From: Sphingorhabdus sp.
GTDB taxonomy: Bacteria > Pseudomonadota > Alphaproteobacteria > Sphingomonadales > Sphingomonadaceae
Length of the DNA stretch: 64,000 nucleotides
Direction: 5' to 3'
NCBI RefSeq assembly: GCF_029865925.1
Contig: NZ_JARXAI010000024.1
Span: forward strand, 26,681-90,680
The position numbers and the translations under genes were made by a program. The notes under the pieces were generated by a model, which was given only the letters and a program-made list of their open reading frames with translations, made no database searches and had not been told where the DNA came from. Positions 9,903 through 19,060 of the stretch are shown in pieces; positions within the stretch are counted from its first letter, which is position 1; each line of letters starts with the position of its first letter.

Positions 9903-10714
9903 ACGAGCAAACGCTCAAACGCATCGCTGAAGCGCTTGAGCGGCTGTCGCCTCCGCCCGCGCCGCCCACAGACCTGTCGTCCTTTCCCGCCTATCATTGG
10001 AACGGGACAGGCCTGGCAGCGGTGCATGATTTCAAACCACTGCCGCTGGAATTGATCGTAGGCGCCGACCGGCAAAAGGCCGAATTGTTCGAAAATTGCC
10101 GACGGCATGCATCCGGCGCGGCTGCGCATGACGTGTTGCTATGGGGTGCGCGGGGCATGGGGAAATCCGCATTGGCCAAATCTGTTGTCGCCGCGCTTCA
10201 GGAGAATGGCTTCTTCATCGCCCTTGTCGAAGCCGCTTCAAGCCAGCTGACGAGCCTGCCGACCTTGTTCGAAGAGCTTGGCGCGTCGGGTCGGCGCTAT
10301 CTTTTGTTCATCGACGATATTTCGTTTGAACCACATGATCAGAACGCGCGTCTATTGCGGTCATTATTGGAGGGCGGCGTCGAAGCGCGTCCAAACAATG
10401 TAAGGCTGTGCGTGACGTCGAACCACCGGAACATCGTTGAGCGCGATAGCAGCGATCAGGCTGACGCCATGAACGCGCGTGATGCGATTGACGACAGTCT
10501 GGCGTTGGCCGACCGCTTTGGCCTTAAACTTGGCTTCCAATATCCCAATCAGGACGACTATCTGCACATGGTCGCAAGCTATGCCAGCCATTTTGACCTG
10601 GACTGGGACGAAGCAGACGCGCTCGGCTTTGCCCAAGGTCGCGGCGGACGGTCGGGCCGGATTGCATGGCATTACACCATTGAGCTGGCTGGCTGCGCAG
10701 GGCGGAAGATTTAA
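9899..10714 (+). CDS. DUF815-family AAA+ ATP-binding protein
   Basis: Walker A WGARGMGKS, Walker B LFIDDISF, LLEGGVE and SLADRFGLKLGF. TTG start overlaps the upstream stop (TTGA). Confidence 0.88.
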   Translation: MNEQTLKRIAEALERLSPPPAPPTDLSSFPAYHWNGTGLAAVHDFKPLPLELIVGADRQKAELFENCRRHASGAAAHDVLLWGARGMGKSALAKSVVAALQENGFFIALVEAASSQLTSLPTLFEELGASGRRYLLFIDDISFEPHDQNARLLRSLLEGGVEARPNNVRLCVTSNHRNIVERDSSDQADAMNARDAIDDSLALADRFGLKLGFQYPNQDDYLHMVASYASHFDLDWDEADALGFAQGRGGRSGRIAWHYTIELAGCAGRKI

Positions 10715-12033
10715 TCCTTCGCCCGTACGCGCCAGACGATGTTGCCTACATCATCGCTTACCAACAAAGTACCATCCTTGGCTAAAGCAAGCATAGAAGG
10801 GCGGCCCTGTGCCTTGCCGTCCTTATCCAAGAAGCCTGTCAGCACATTGACTGGCTTGCCCGCTGGTTCCCCCTTGGGAAACGGCACGAAGATGACGTCA
10901 TAGCCGGAAACCGGTTTGCGATTCCACGAACCATGCCGCGCGACAAAGGCGCCTTCGGTAAGACCCGCACCCAATTTGCCATTATAGCCAAATGCAAGGC
11001 CAAGCGGGGCGGTATGCGCGCCCAAGGCATAATCTGGACGCCGTTCATATTCGCGCTTTTCCGGTTTCAGCGGTTTTACACGGGTATCGGTGAAACCACC
11101 CCAATAATGTTGCGGCCAGCCATAGTCGGCGCCAAACTCAACCAAGGCAAGATAATCAGGCACAAGGTCTGAACCCAGCATGTCGCGTTCGTTTACGACA
11201 GTCCACAAACGGCCGGCTTTGTCCCAGCCAAGGCCGACTGGGTTACGCAGACCAATCGCGTAAGGGATTTTCTTGTCCTTCGCGATGTCATATTCGAACA
11301 CCATGGCACGGCCGACCTCGGTTTCCATACCGTTGTCGCCGATATTGCTATTCGAGCCGACAGAGATGTAGATTTTTTTGCCATCAGGCGAAGCTGCGAG
11401 ATTGCGCGTCCAATGGTTGTTGGGCGCTCGGGCGTTGAACTTTGTCAACTCTTTGCCCTTTGCCGTAATCTTCGTATCGCCCGTTTTATATGGGAAAACC
11501 AGCAAGCCGTTCGTGTTGGCAACGTATAATTTCTCGCCGATCAGAACCATGCCAAAGGGCGAATTAAGTCCAGTGAGGAACGGCGTTTTAAGCTCCGCCT
11601 GCCCGTCACCATTGGCATCCCGCAATAAGGTGATGCGGTTGGCGGAAGGCACATCGGCTCCAGCCTTACCCATCAGCCACTTCATAACAAACCCTTCAAC
11701 GCCACCCATTTTGCGTGGGGGTGAGTTGGTTTCGGCGACCAATATGTCGCCATTGGGAAGCGTATAAAGATTGCGCGGGTGGTCGAGCCCCTCAGCAAAG
11801 CGTTCAACAACAAGACCGGGTGCGACGACTGGTGCTTCACCAGTCTTCCAACGGTCTACGTCAGCCACGGCAATAGTTGGAAAAATCTGCTCACGGCCTG
11901 CTGTAATCTGCGGCGTTGGACCAGTGACAGCGTCCAGCGGCAACTGCGCGACGTCAGGGCGTGTGATATACCAAACGCCGATCAGCCCCAGTGCGACGAA
12001 GATCAACGTGATGTTGCGAACGTGTTTCCACAT
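10711..12033 (-). CDS. PQQ-dependent sugar/L-sorbosone dehydrogenase family protein (beta-propeller), membrane-anchored
   Basis: N-terminal TM segment; GLDHPRNL, GLNSPFGM, NHWTRN, GLRNPVGL, VNERDMLG, YGWP and HTAPLGL. Confidence 0.88.
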   Translation of the reverse strand: MWKHVRNITLIFVALGLIGVWYITRPDVAQLPLDAVTGPTPQITAGREQIFPTIAVADVDRWKTGEAPVVAPGLVVERFAEGLDHPRNLYTLPNGDILVAETNSPPRKMGGVEGFVMKWLMGKAGADVPSANRITLLRDANGDGQAELKTPFLTGLNSPFGMVLIGEKLYVANTNGLLVFPYKTGDTKITAKGKELTKFNARAPNNHWTRNLAASPDGKKIYISVGSNSNIGDNGMETEVGRAMVFEYDIAKDKKIPYAIGLRNPVGLGWDKAGRLWTVVNERDMLGSDLVPDYLALVEFGADYGWPQHYWGGFTDTRVKPLKPEKREYERRPDYALGAHTAPLGLAFGYNGKLGAGLTEGAFVARHGSWNRKPVSGYDVIFVPFPKGEPAGKPVNVLTGFLDKDGKAQGRPSMLALAKDGTLLVSDDVGNIVWRVRAKD

Positions 12034-12049
12034 AAATTCTAGCCCTTAT

Positions 12050-12232
12050 TCACTGACGTTTGCTGTCCATAATCCAAATAACTATCGCAATAGCGCATCC
12101 AAGGGCCATGCCGGCAACCGCCCCTGCAGAGGGCTGGTCGAAAACGACGCCTAAGATGACACCAATTAATAGCCCAAAAGCGATAAAGATCCCGCCGGCA
12201 AGCCGCGGCTGATTATTTTCTGTTCCTGACAT
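12050..12232 (-). CDS. Small two-TM membrane protein, unknown function
   Basis: ATG after AGGGG; 60 aa with two Gly/Ala-rich hydrophobic segments; 16 nt upstream of the sorbosone dehydrogenase gene. Confidence 0.7.
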   Translation of the reverse strand: MSGTENNQPRLAGGIFIAFGLLIGVILGVVFDQPSAGAVAGMALGCAIAIVIWIMDSKRQ

Positions 12233-12345
12233 ACCGGCCCCTTGCCACCAACTATCATGTCCTAGCAAGCCCGATGTTTATCCTTAATATTTGCTAACCA
12301 CGTGCTTTGACAGAAATGCGATATCTAAAATTGTAGACGAACGCC

Positions 12346-12515
12346 GCAGACAGGCTCATCCACCCCTGGCCTGTCTGCAACCTTAAAGGGAAGCCATCAC
12401 CCGGGCCGTCAAAAGCCTAATGTCGGCAAATAGCTGCATTATGCCGTTGGCGCCGGATAGAGCGGTCGGCCCGGGATGGGTAGAAAGGCAATTTGCTTTG
12501 CCGATAATTGCCTTA
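12346..12515. ncRNA. Candidate structured non-coding RNA or cis-element (unassigned family)
   Basis: Three consecutive stems: 10-bp perfect 12346-55/12369-78; 9+4-bp 12394-408/12467-79 enclosing a further stem; 7-bp 12487-93/12506-12. No credible ORF. Confidence 0.4.
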
Positions 12516-12603
12516 TGAACATCAATGATTGAGCCGAAGCTGAATAGGATTGTTATGTTTTGTTCATCTTTAGAGGTAAAATGATGAACGTTCTGGGGGT
12601 AGC

Positions 12604-13620
12604 ATGCCGCAAAAGCTGAAGCGTCTCGCGCTCTGCATGTTGTTAGCGGTTTTGGTCATAGGCGGCGTCCGAACGATTTACCCCAGCTACAGCCAAGATA
12701 TCACCTTGCGGCGCCTCACCTTAAATCCTGATGATCCCGCGCAGCGGTATGTGGGTGCACTTGCGTTTATCGCTGCCTGGGAATTGCAAAGCCGCAATGA
12801 GGACTTCGGCGGCATTTCGGCGCTGACAGCGCTGAAAAACGGTCGTTTTGTCGGCATCGGTGACGCGGGGACCTTGATAGGCTTCGGCTTGAGCAACGGT
12901 TCACGGGCAACCCGTCCCTTCATTGTGCCGCTGCCCAATGCACAGGGGCCAGACATCAGCTACAAAGATCGCGACAGCGAAGGCATCGCGTATGACCCCG
13001 ATAGCGACCAATATTGGGTTAGCTTTGAACAAAGGCATGCGATCAGGCGATACTCTGGGTCTTTCGGGCGCCAAACCGGCATAATGCGTCCGCGCGAAAT
13101 GCAGGATTGGCCCAATAACAGAGGTGCCGAAAGCATTATCCGTTTAAAAGATGGCCGCTTCCTGGTGATCGCCGAAAGCGTTGATGACCACATGCACCCT
13201 GCTTTGTTGTTCTCTGGTGACCCAGTTGAGCGGGGCACCAGCATCACGTTGTTCAAATTTCGGCCCCCAACCGGCTATCGCGTGACGGACGGGGTGCAGT
13301 TGCCTGATGGACGAATCGCCATTTTGAATCGTTCGATTGGTTTCCCGCGGGGCTTTTCAGCCAAGGTATCACTGCTAAACCTAACGAACATAAGCCGCGA
13401 CAGCATAGTTTCGGCAAAGGTCATTGCATCGCTTACCGCACCGCTGCTTGTCGACAATATGGAGGGGATTGCTGTTACGCGCGAAGGCCAGGACACAATC
13501 CTCTGGCTCATTTCAGACAATAATTTCAGTATATTCCAGCGCACTATTTTGATGAAGTTCCGCTTACCCCACCAACCAGACAGCAAAAAGCCGGTGGCAT
13601 CAACTGCCCCCGGCCTTTGA
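12604..13620 (+). CDS. Esterase-like activity of phytase family protein (exported beta-propeller)
   Basis: Signal/TM at the N-terminus; FGGISAL, DSEGIAY, WVSFE..HAI, NRGAESI, DNMEGIAV and ISDNNFS. Confidence 0.85.
   Translation: MPQKLKRLALCMLLAVLVIGGVRTIYPSYSQDITLRRLTLNPDDPAQRYVGALAFIAAWELQSRNEDFGGISALTALKNGRFVGIGDAGTLIGFGLSNGSRATRPFIVPLPNAQGPDISYKDRDSEGIAYDPDSDQYWVSFEQRHAIRRYSGSFGRQTGIMRPREMQDWPNNRGAESIIRLKDGRFLVIAESVDDHMHPALLFSGDPVERGTSITLFKFRPPTGYRVTDGVQLPDGRIAILNRSIGFPRGFSAKVSLLNLTNISRDSIVSAKVIASLTAPLLVDNMEGIAVTREGQDTILWLISDNNFSIFQRTILMKFRLPHQPDSKKPVASTAPGL
13585..13614 (-). terminator. Intrinsic terminator of rpmB, embedded in the 3' end of the convergent phytase-like gene
   Basis: Minus strand reads GCCGG...CCGGC followed by TTTTT, about 45 nt after the rpmB stop. 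Confidence 0.6.
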
Positions 13621-13658
13621 TTTGCTTGAACAAAAGGCCGCGTCAGCAGCCTATCGCC

Positions 13659-13949
13659 TTACGCCGCAGCTTTTTGCTTCTTGGCGATTTCTTTTTTCAC
13701 TTTGCGTGCATTGGTCGAAAGCTTCTCGTCCGAAGTCTTCAACAACCAGTTGTCGAGACCGCCAACATGCTCAACCGAACGCAGGCCGTGGGTCGAAACG
13801 CGGAACTTGTAGCCTTGCTCAAGAGCGTCCGACAACAGGGTGACATTCTGCAGGTTTGGCAAGAATGTGCGCTTTGTCTTGTTGTTGGCGTGGCTCACAT
13901 TGTTGCCGACCAGACGGCCCTTACCGGTGAGTTCGCAGATGCGCGCCAT
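13659..13949 (-). CDS. rpmB: 50S ribosomal protein L28
   Basis: [10 protein letters not shown]...[20 protein letters not shown]...[16 protein letters not shown]. Confidence 0.98.
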   Translation of the reverse strand: MARICELTGKGRLVGNNVSHANNKTKRTFLPNLQNVTLLSDALEQGYKFRVSTHGLRSVEHVGGLDNWLLKTSDEKLSTNARKVKKEIAKKQKAAA

Positions 13950-14079
13950 GATGTATATCCTGTATAAATGAGTGTATGCGGAATCACTGACCCGCGAAAG
14001 TCGCTGCCCCTAACGCTCCATGCCGAAAAGGTCAAGTCGATGTGTGGTCAAAAGCGGTAATCTGCGCTAGCAAAATAAC

Positions 14080-14535
14080 ATGTCCCTTACCAAAGCCCGC
14101 GAAATGATGAACGAAGCCCTTAATCTTGCGCGTGCAGCTGCCGCGCAAGGCGAAGTGCCAGTCGGCGCAATTGTAGTCAAGGATGGCGTCATTATCGGCC
14201 GCGGGGCGAACCGCCCTGTCGAGAGCCATGACCCCACCGCGCATGCCGAAATCATCGCCATTCGTGCGGCGGCCGCGCAACTTGGCAATGAACGCCTTAT
14301 AGACTGCGAGTTATGGGTGACGCTGGAGCCCTGCGCCATGTGTGCTGGCGCGATTGCCCACGCCCGCATCGCGCGCCTCTATTATGGCGCTGACGATGCC
14401 AAGGGCGGCGCTGTGGCACATGGTCCACGTTTGTTTGAACAAGCGACCCTGCACCACAAGCCGGAGGTGTATGCGGGCATTGCAGCAGACGAATCCGCCA
14501 TTTTACTCAGAGATTTTTTCGCCAGCCGCCGTTAG
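14080..14535 (+). CDS. tadA: tRNA adenosine(34) deaminase
   Basis: GEVPVGA, DPTAHAE, VTLEPCAMCAGA zinc motif and LHHKPEV. Confidence 0.93.
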   Translation: MSLTKAREMMNEALNLARAAAAQGEVPVGAIVVKDGVIIGRGANRPVESHDPTAHAEIIAIRAAAAQLGNERLIDCELWVTLEPCAMCAGAIAHARIARLYYGADDAKGGAVAHGPRLFEQATLHHKPEVYAGIAADESAILLRDFFASRR

Positions 14536-15410
14536 CGCAGATTTTCGCCTAAAAACGCGAGTGTCCGTGCCCAAGACAGGTCTGCCGCCGCTTTATCGAA
14601 TCGTGGCGTGCTATCATTGTGGAACCCATGCTGCGTTCCGGCATAGAAATGCACTGAGAAGCGTCTCTGGTTTGCAATAAGCGCGGCCTGATACGGCAAC
14701 CAGCCCATGTTGATACGTTCGTCCACCTCGGCATATTGGACCAGCAAAGGCGCCTTGATTGCGGGAACCTCTTCGGCGCGCGGTTGACGACCGTAATAAG
14801 GCACCGATGCCGCCATTTCGGGATAGGCCACCGCCAGCGCATTGCTCACGCCGCCACCGTAGCAAAATCCAACTGCGCCAACCTTGTCAGTGCTTTCGGG
14901 ATGATCGCGCAGATATTCAAAGCTGGCGAAGAAATCCTCAAGCAACTTTCTGGGATCCAACTTCGCCTGCAAATCGCGACCTGTCTCATCATTACCGGGA
15001 TAGCCGCCGACCGATGATAGTCCATCTGGACCAAGGGCGATATAACCAGCCTTAGCCAAACGTCGCACCACGTCCTCAACATATGGATTGAGCCCACGGT
15101 TTTCGTGGATGACCAACACGGCAGGCAACTTGCCTTTTGCCTTGGCGGGCTTGGCCAGCAAGCCGTTGATGCTCCCATGCCCTTCGGGACTTGGCACTGT
15201 AACCCGTGACGTGATGATCGCAGGGTCATCCGCCCGCACTTGCTGCGCCATCGCATAATCAGGCTTTAGCTGATTGAGAATCATGAGGCCCGTAACACCC
15301 GCGGCCGCAAACTTTCCCGCCTCACGCATAAATTCGCGCTTGGTCAACTTGCCATGGACGTAGCCGTCAAAGATTTCGAGAATATAGGGGTGAAAATCGC
15401 TGGCCTTCAT
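14532..15410 (-). CDS. Dienelactone hydrolase family protein (YghX-like, Tat-like leader)
   Basis: VIHENRGLNP, GFCYGG nucleophile motif and HGFHNDSTPRFD; N-terminal KREF..EA segment. Start moved to MKASDF. Confidence 0.9.
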   Translation of the reverse strand: MKASDFHPYILEIFDGYVHGKLTKREFMREAGKFAAAGVTGLMILNQLKPDYAMAQQVRADDPAIITSRVTVPSPEGHGSINGLLAKPAKAKGKLPAVLVIHENRGLNPYVEDVVRRLAKAGYIALGPDGLSSVGGYPGNDETGRDLQAKLDPRKLLEDFFASFEYLRDHPESTDKVGAVGFCYGGGVSNALAVAYPEMAASVPYYGRQPRAEEVPAIKAPLLVQYAEVDERINMGWLPYQAALIANQRRFSVHFYAGTQHGFHNDSTPRFDKAAADLSWARTLAFLGENLR

Positions 15411-15449
15411 GCGTGTTGAACCACCGGCTGGCTTCATCCCTTATACTCC

Positions 15450-16250
15450 TCAATGCACAAAACGGGCGACGACGTCGCGATACGACCGGCTGACCTTAAC
15501 CTGCGCGCCGGACTCCAGCACCAAAAAGCATTCGCCATTTGTGTGCGGCTTGACCTGACGCACTTGGTCCAGATTGACGATCGTCGAACGGTGGACCCGC
15601 TGGAACGTCCGTGGGTCGAGCCGCTTTTCCAGATCCTTCATTGTTTCGCGCAAGATCAGCGAGTTATCGGCCGTGTAAATGCACATATAGTCGCCAGCAG
15701 CATCAATACGTTCAATGCTTTCAACATCGACACGGAAAATTTGGCCGCGATCCTTAATATTGATAAGCTTTTCAAAGCGTGATGACGCCATATCCTCATC
15801 TATAGACCCGAGATTATCGGCGGCGTTTGGCGCGACTTCATTGATGACCGTGCGCAGGCGCTGAAGCTCATCCGAGGTGCGTTTGTCGTGTAGACGGCTG
15901 CGCACGCGGTCCATAGTGTCAGCCAAGCGCTCAGGTTCAACTGGCTTCATGAGATAATCGATGGCCTGCGCCTCAAACGCTTTAATAGCATGTTCGGAAT
16001 ATGCTGTCACAAACACGAACAATGGCGGATCAATGTCCATCACGCCCTGCACAACCGAAAAACCATCAAAACCTGGCATCTGGATGTCGAGAAAAACCAA
16101 GTCTGGTTTCAGCGTCTTTATCTTGCGAATAGCCTCACGACCATTGTGGCAGGTTGCTACAATCTCTATGTCCTCAAAAGGCTGAAGCCTTAATTCGAGA
16201 CCCTGAATAGCCAGCTTTTCATCGTCGACCAATATTGTACGAATGCTCAT
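15450..16250 (-). CDS. LytTR-family DNA-binding response regulator
   Basis: Receiver motifs VDDE, FLDIQMPG, VTAY and YLMKP; LytTR domain F.RVHRSTIVN...VSRSY. Confidence 0.95.
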   Translation of the reverse strand: MSIRTILVDDEKLAIQGLELRLQPFEDIEIVATCHNGREAIRKIKTLKPDLVFLDIQMPGFDGFSVVQGVMDIDPPLFVFVTAYSEHAIKAFEAQAIDYLMKPVEPERLADTMDRVRSRLHDKRTSDELQRLRTVINEVAPNAADNLGSIDEDMASSRFEKLINIKDRGQIFRVDVESIERIDAAGDYMCIYTADNSLILRETMKDLEKRLDPRTFQRVHRSTIVNLDQVRQVKPHTNGECFLVLESGAQVKVSRSYRDVVARFVH

Positions 16251-17383
16251 GCGGATATCTTTCCTTGCGACTTAGCCCCCGCTTGGTTGTCGTCCCCTGC
16301 AATAATTCCAGTTTGATAAGGTAGTTCCAACAAAACCTCAAATCCTCCCCCGGCTTTGACATAATGTTCAAAACGTTGGTCGTCACCATATGCCTGTAAC
16401 AAGCGCTCACGCGTGTTCGCCATCCCAACCCCTGTGGATAGGCTGTAGTCTTGCTGCCCCGGCTGCAAGCCCGGCCCTGTGTCCGAAACGGTAATCCGAA
16501 CCCTTTGCCCGACGAGTTGAGCGACAACGGAAATGTCGGCCCCCTCCTCCTTAGGCGTCACGGCATATTTAATGGCGTTTTCCACCAAAGGCTGAAGCAA
16601 TAAAGATGGCACCAAAGCGTCTTTAACCGCAGGCTCAATCGTGAAAAATGTTCGCAATCGTTCTTCGAACCGCATTTTTTCGATATCGAGGTAGAGCTTC
16701 AAAGTTTCGATTTCTTGGGTGAGCGGCACCTTTGCCGCAGCTTCATTAATGAGGGTAAAGCGCAGGAATGAGGACAAACGCGACAACATGGCATTGGCTT
16801 GGTCGGTCTGTTTGAGTAACACCAAAGTCGATATGCTGTTCAATGTGTTGAACAGGAAATGCGGATTAAGCTGATACCGCAACATTGTGAGCTGCGCGCT
16901 GGTAGCTTGCGCTTCAAGCCGCATCATTTGGTCCGCCTGCTCCTCGCCGCGCACGAAATAATTGATCGCATAATACAATGCGGACCATGCCCCAACGAGA
17001 AGGCCATCTTTAAACAACGCCCCTAATAACAATTGGGCAAAGGGCGTTTGGTCTGCACCCTCCCGGATCGTTTGAACAACCCATGTGTCAATATACGCGT
17101 AAAGCAGCGTTGCGCTCATGACCGCCAGCAAAGTGGTTCCCCACGTCACAAATGGTCTTTTTTCAATTACATAGCGGTATACAACCGATAGCATTAACGT
17201 GACAGAATAGCCGGTGACTGCGGAAATGAGCACCGGAACCAGAAAACTTAACGGTTGTCCGTTTGCAATAACCGTAACAGCGTAGAGCGCAGTAGCGCCG
17301 CCCCAACCGGCCGAGTGCAAGTTCCAAAAAGCGCGGTTTTTGTCCGCGAAAAAGGGTTTATCGGAAAGCTCTAATATCGCCAT
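16247..17383 (-). CDS. LytS/YehU-family sensor histidine kinase
   Basis: About 4 TM helices; H-box QLNPHFLFNTLNSI; LEIE-like LDIEKMRF; LQPLVENAIKY; D.G.G and GVGMAN boxes. Overlaps the response regulator start by 4 nt. Confidence 0.93.
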   Translation of the reverse strand: MAILELSDKPFFADKNRAFWNLHSAGWGGATALYAVTVIANGQPLSFLVPVLISAVTGYSVTLMLSVVYRYVIEKRPFVTWGTTLLAVMSATLLYAYIDTWVVQTIREGADQTPFAQLLLGALFKDGLLVGAWSALYYAINYFVRGEEQADQMMRLEAQATSAQLTMLRYQLNPHFLFNTLNSISTLVLLKQTDQANAMLSRLSSFLRFTLINEAAAKVPLTQEIETLKLYLDIEKMRFEERLRTFFTIEPAVKDALVPSLLLQPLVENAIKYAVTPKEEGADISVVAQLVGQRVRITVSDTGPGLQPGQQDYSLSTGVGMANTRERLLQAYGDDQRFEHYVKAGGGFEVLLELPYQTGIIAGDDNQAGAKSQGKISA

Positions 17384-17473
17384 TTATTCGGTCTAGCCCC
17401 ATTTCGCTTATGCTTGAAGCCCTTGTTTCATCAGTCAACAATGTTAAACATCCCGCCTGGGAGGATATCGGCA

Positions 17474-18067
17474 ATGGACAATCACGACGATCGCGCAAAT
17501 TTTCACGACATGTCAGAAAGCACGCAGGAGGATTGGCAAATCATCATGCGGCACAATATTCCGTTTTCGCAAGATGGCGGACGCCGGATACTGGACCATC
17601 TCAAATTGCTTGATGGTGACTTTGGCGGATTTGCGGTTGACCGGTTGACGCACTCACTGCAGACAGCGACGCGTGCACATCGTGATGGACGAGATGAGGA
17701 TTATGTCATCATGGCATTGCTCCACGACATTGGTGATACGCTCGGCGCTACCAACCATCCAGACATTGCTGCCGCCATATTGAAGCCGTTCGTTTCCGAA
17801 AAGCTCCTTTGGATTGTCCAAAATCACGGAATTTTCCAGGGGCAAAATTTCTTCCATCATTTGGGCCTCGACCGCGACATGCGCGAGCAGTTTCGCGGCC
17901 ATGAATGGTTTGCTGAAACTGAAGAATTTATCGACAAATATGACTGCCCATCGTTCGACCCGAATTATGACACGCTCCCACTGGAATTTTTCGAACCAAT
18001 GGTGATGAAGTTTTTCCGCAGCCCGCTGAACAGCATCTATAAACGGCCGTTAGAAAACACAGCTTAA
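17474..18067 (+). CDS. HD-domain metalloprotein (PhnZ/TmpB-like)
   Basis: ATG after GGAGG; THSLQTAT, ALLHDIGD, NH, QNHG and YDCPSFDP, giving a His/HD/His/His/Asp metal-ligand pattern. Confidence 0.85.
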   Translation: MDNHDDRANFHDMSESTQEDWQIIMRHNIPFSQDGGRRILDHLKLLDGDFGGFAVDRLTHSLQTATRAHRDGRDEDYVIMALLHDIGDTLGATNHPDIAAAILKPFVSEKLLWIVQNHGIFQGQNFFHHLGLDRDMREQFRGHEWFAETEEFIDKYDCPSFDPNYDTLPLEFFEPMVMKFFRSPLNSIYKRPLENTA

Positions 18068-18194
18068 GCAGCATTATCCGCAGACGCCCTTTTAACAGGG
18101 GCAGTGTATGCTTATATTTGTATAACAGTGGTCGGTTCAAACTGACCAGTGATCCGGAGTTTGCGCGAGCAACCTTCCCTTGAGGGGAAATATC

Positions 18195-18320
18195 ATGGCA
18201 AAAAGCCAAAAGAAGTCGAGCCGCGAAGTCCGCAAGCCAAAAGCCGAAAAGCCGAAAAAGCAAAACGCATCGAACCCTTCGGCGAAGGGCAACCCAGCAG
18301 GCTTAGGCGCCAAAAGCTGA
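18195..18320 (+). CDS. 41-aa Lys-rich small protein MAKSQKKSSREVRKPKAEKPKKQNASNPSAKGNPAGLGAKS
   Basis: GAGGGG RBS 7 nt before ATG; open for 41 codons to TGA; downstream hairpin CCCCGCAA/TTGCGGGG (18352-18379). Below the ORF-track cut-off. Confidence 0.7.
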   Translation: MAKSQKKSSREVRKPKAEKPKKQNASNPSAKGNPAGLGAKS

Positions 18321-18404
18321 ACCGTTAACGTCCAAGCAAGACCCTCGCCTGCCCCGCAACCTGCGCCAACATTGCGGGGGTTGGAACACTCGTCTTGCGT
18401 GCAC

Positions 18405-18875
18405 GGTCGACCATCGCCGCTTCGACAGCAGGTTCCCACGCACCATTAGTCCAAGCTTTGCATCAAGAGCAGTTTCATCCACATTCTGCGCGCGGTCAGG
18501 CAAATCGAGCGTGCATCGCAGCAACGCAACACCACCATCTTCCAAACCAATATTCTAGCCCAGCAAACTGCCGCCTGTAGCGTCCATGAGCATTGTTTGA
18601 ATTTGTTTGCGGATACCGGTCGAAGCATCATCACTCGGTAGCCAGACAAGGATATACAAATTGCGGCCAAGCGGCGAACGCAGCGCAATCAGCTTGGGAC
18701 GTGGGCGATCCGTCAGCGACATGGCGCGCAACGTGACACGCTCCAGATCATCCAATTTTTGCGCAACCAAAAGGTCGTGCGGTAAAGCTGTCAACGTATG
18801 CGCCATTGCCTTGCCGGAGTGACCCCAGGGATCAAAGCCAAATCGCTTCATACGCGACGCCAGTGCGTCCTGAGC
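18405..18875 (-). pseudogene. gdhB: Internal fragment of large NAD-specific glutamate dehydrogenase (Bac_GDH / GdhB type)
   Basis: GFDPWGHSGKAMAHTLTALPHDLL...RPRPKLIALRSPLGRNLYILVWLP.D...IQTML..ATGG matches the large-GDH GFDPxSHxGKAL..LE.YPRDEL...L.LF.R.D..GRF...VY.PRD region. In-frame TAG at 18555-57, then LEDGGVALLR..LDL...LGLMVRG, then a frameshift into EPAVEAA. Confidence 0.8.
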
Positions 18876-19060
18876 AGTGGTATCTCTTGCGCCTGCAAGC
18901 AATTCGTTACGCGTCTTATTCCACGACAAAATGAGTTGTAATTTTATTACAAAGCTTATGCCCTTCTTCTTAAGCGTAAACAAGTCACATCCGTAACTTG
19001 TTGCGAGGATTATTTCTCCTGTGTAGCGTCGCGCAGAATTTAGAGATTTTGGAGAGTTAA

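Noticed and set aside
12284-12299. Possible CtrA site TTAA...CTAA upstream of the small membrane gene
   Set aside because: Half-site spacing is 6, not the 7 of TTAA-N7-TTAA.
18555-18983. 142-aa track ORF as an intact hypothetical protein
   Set aside because: Explained as part of the GDH pseudogene; its AT-rich N-terminal part is non-homologous spacer.
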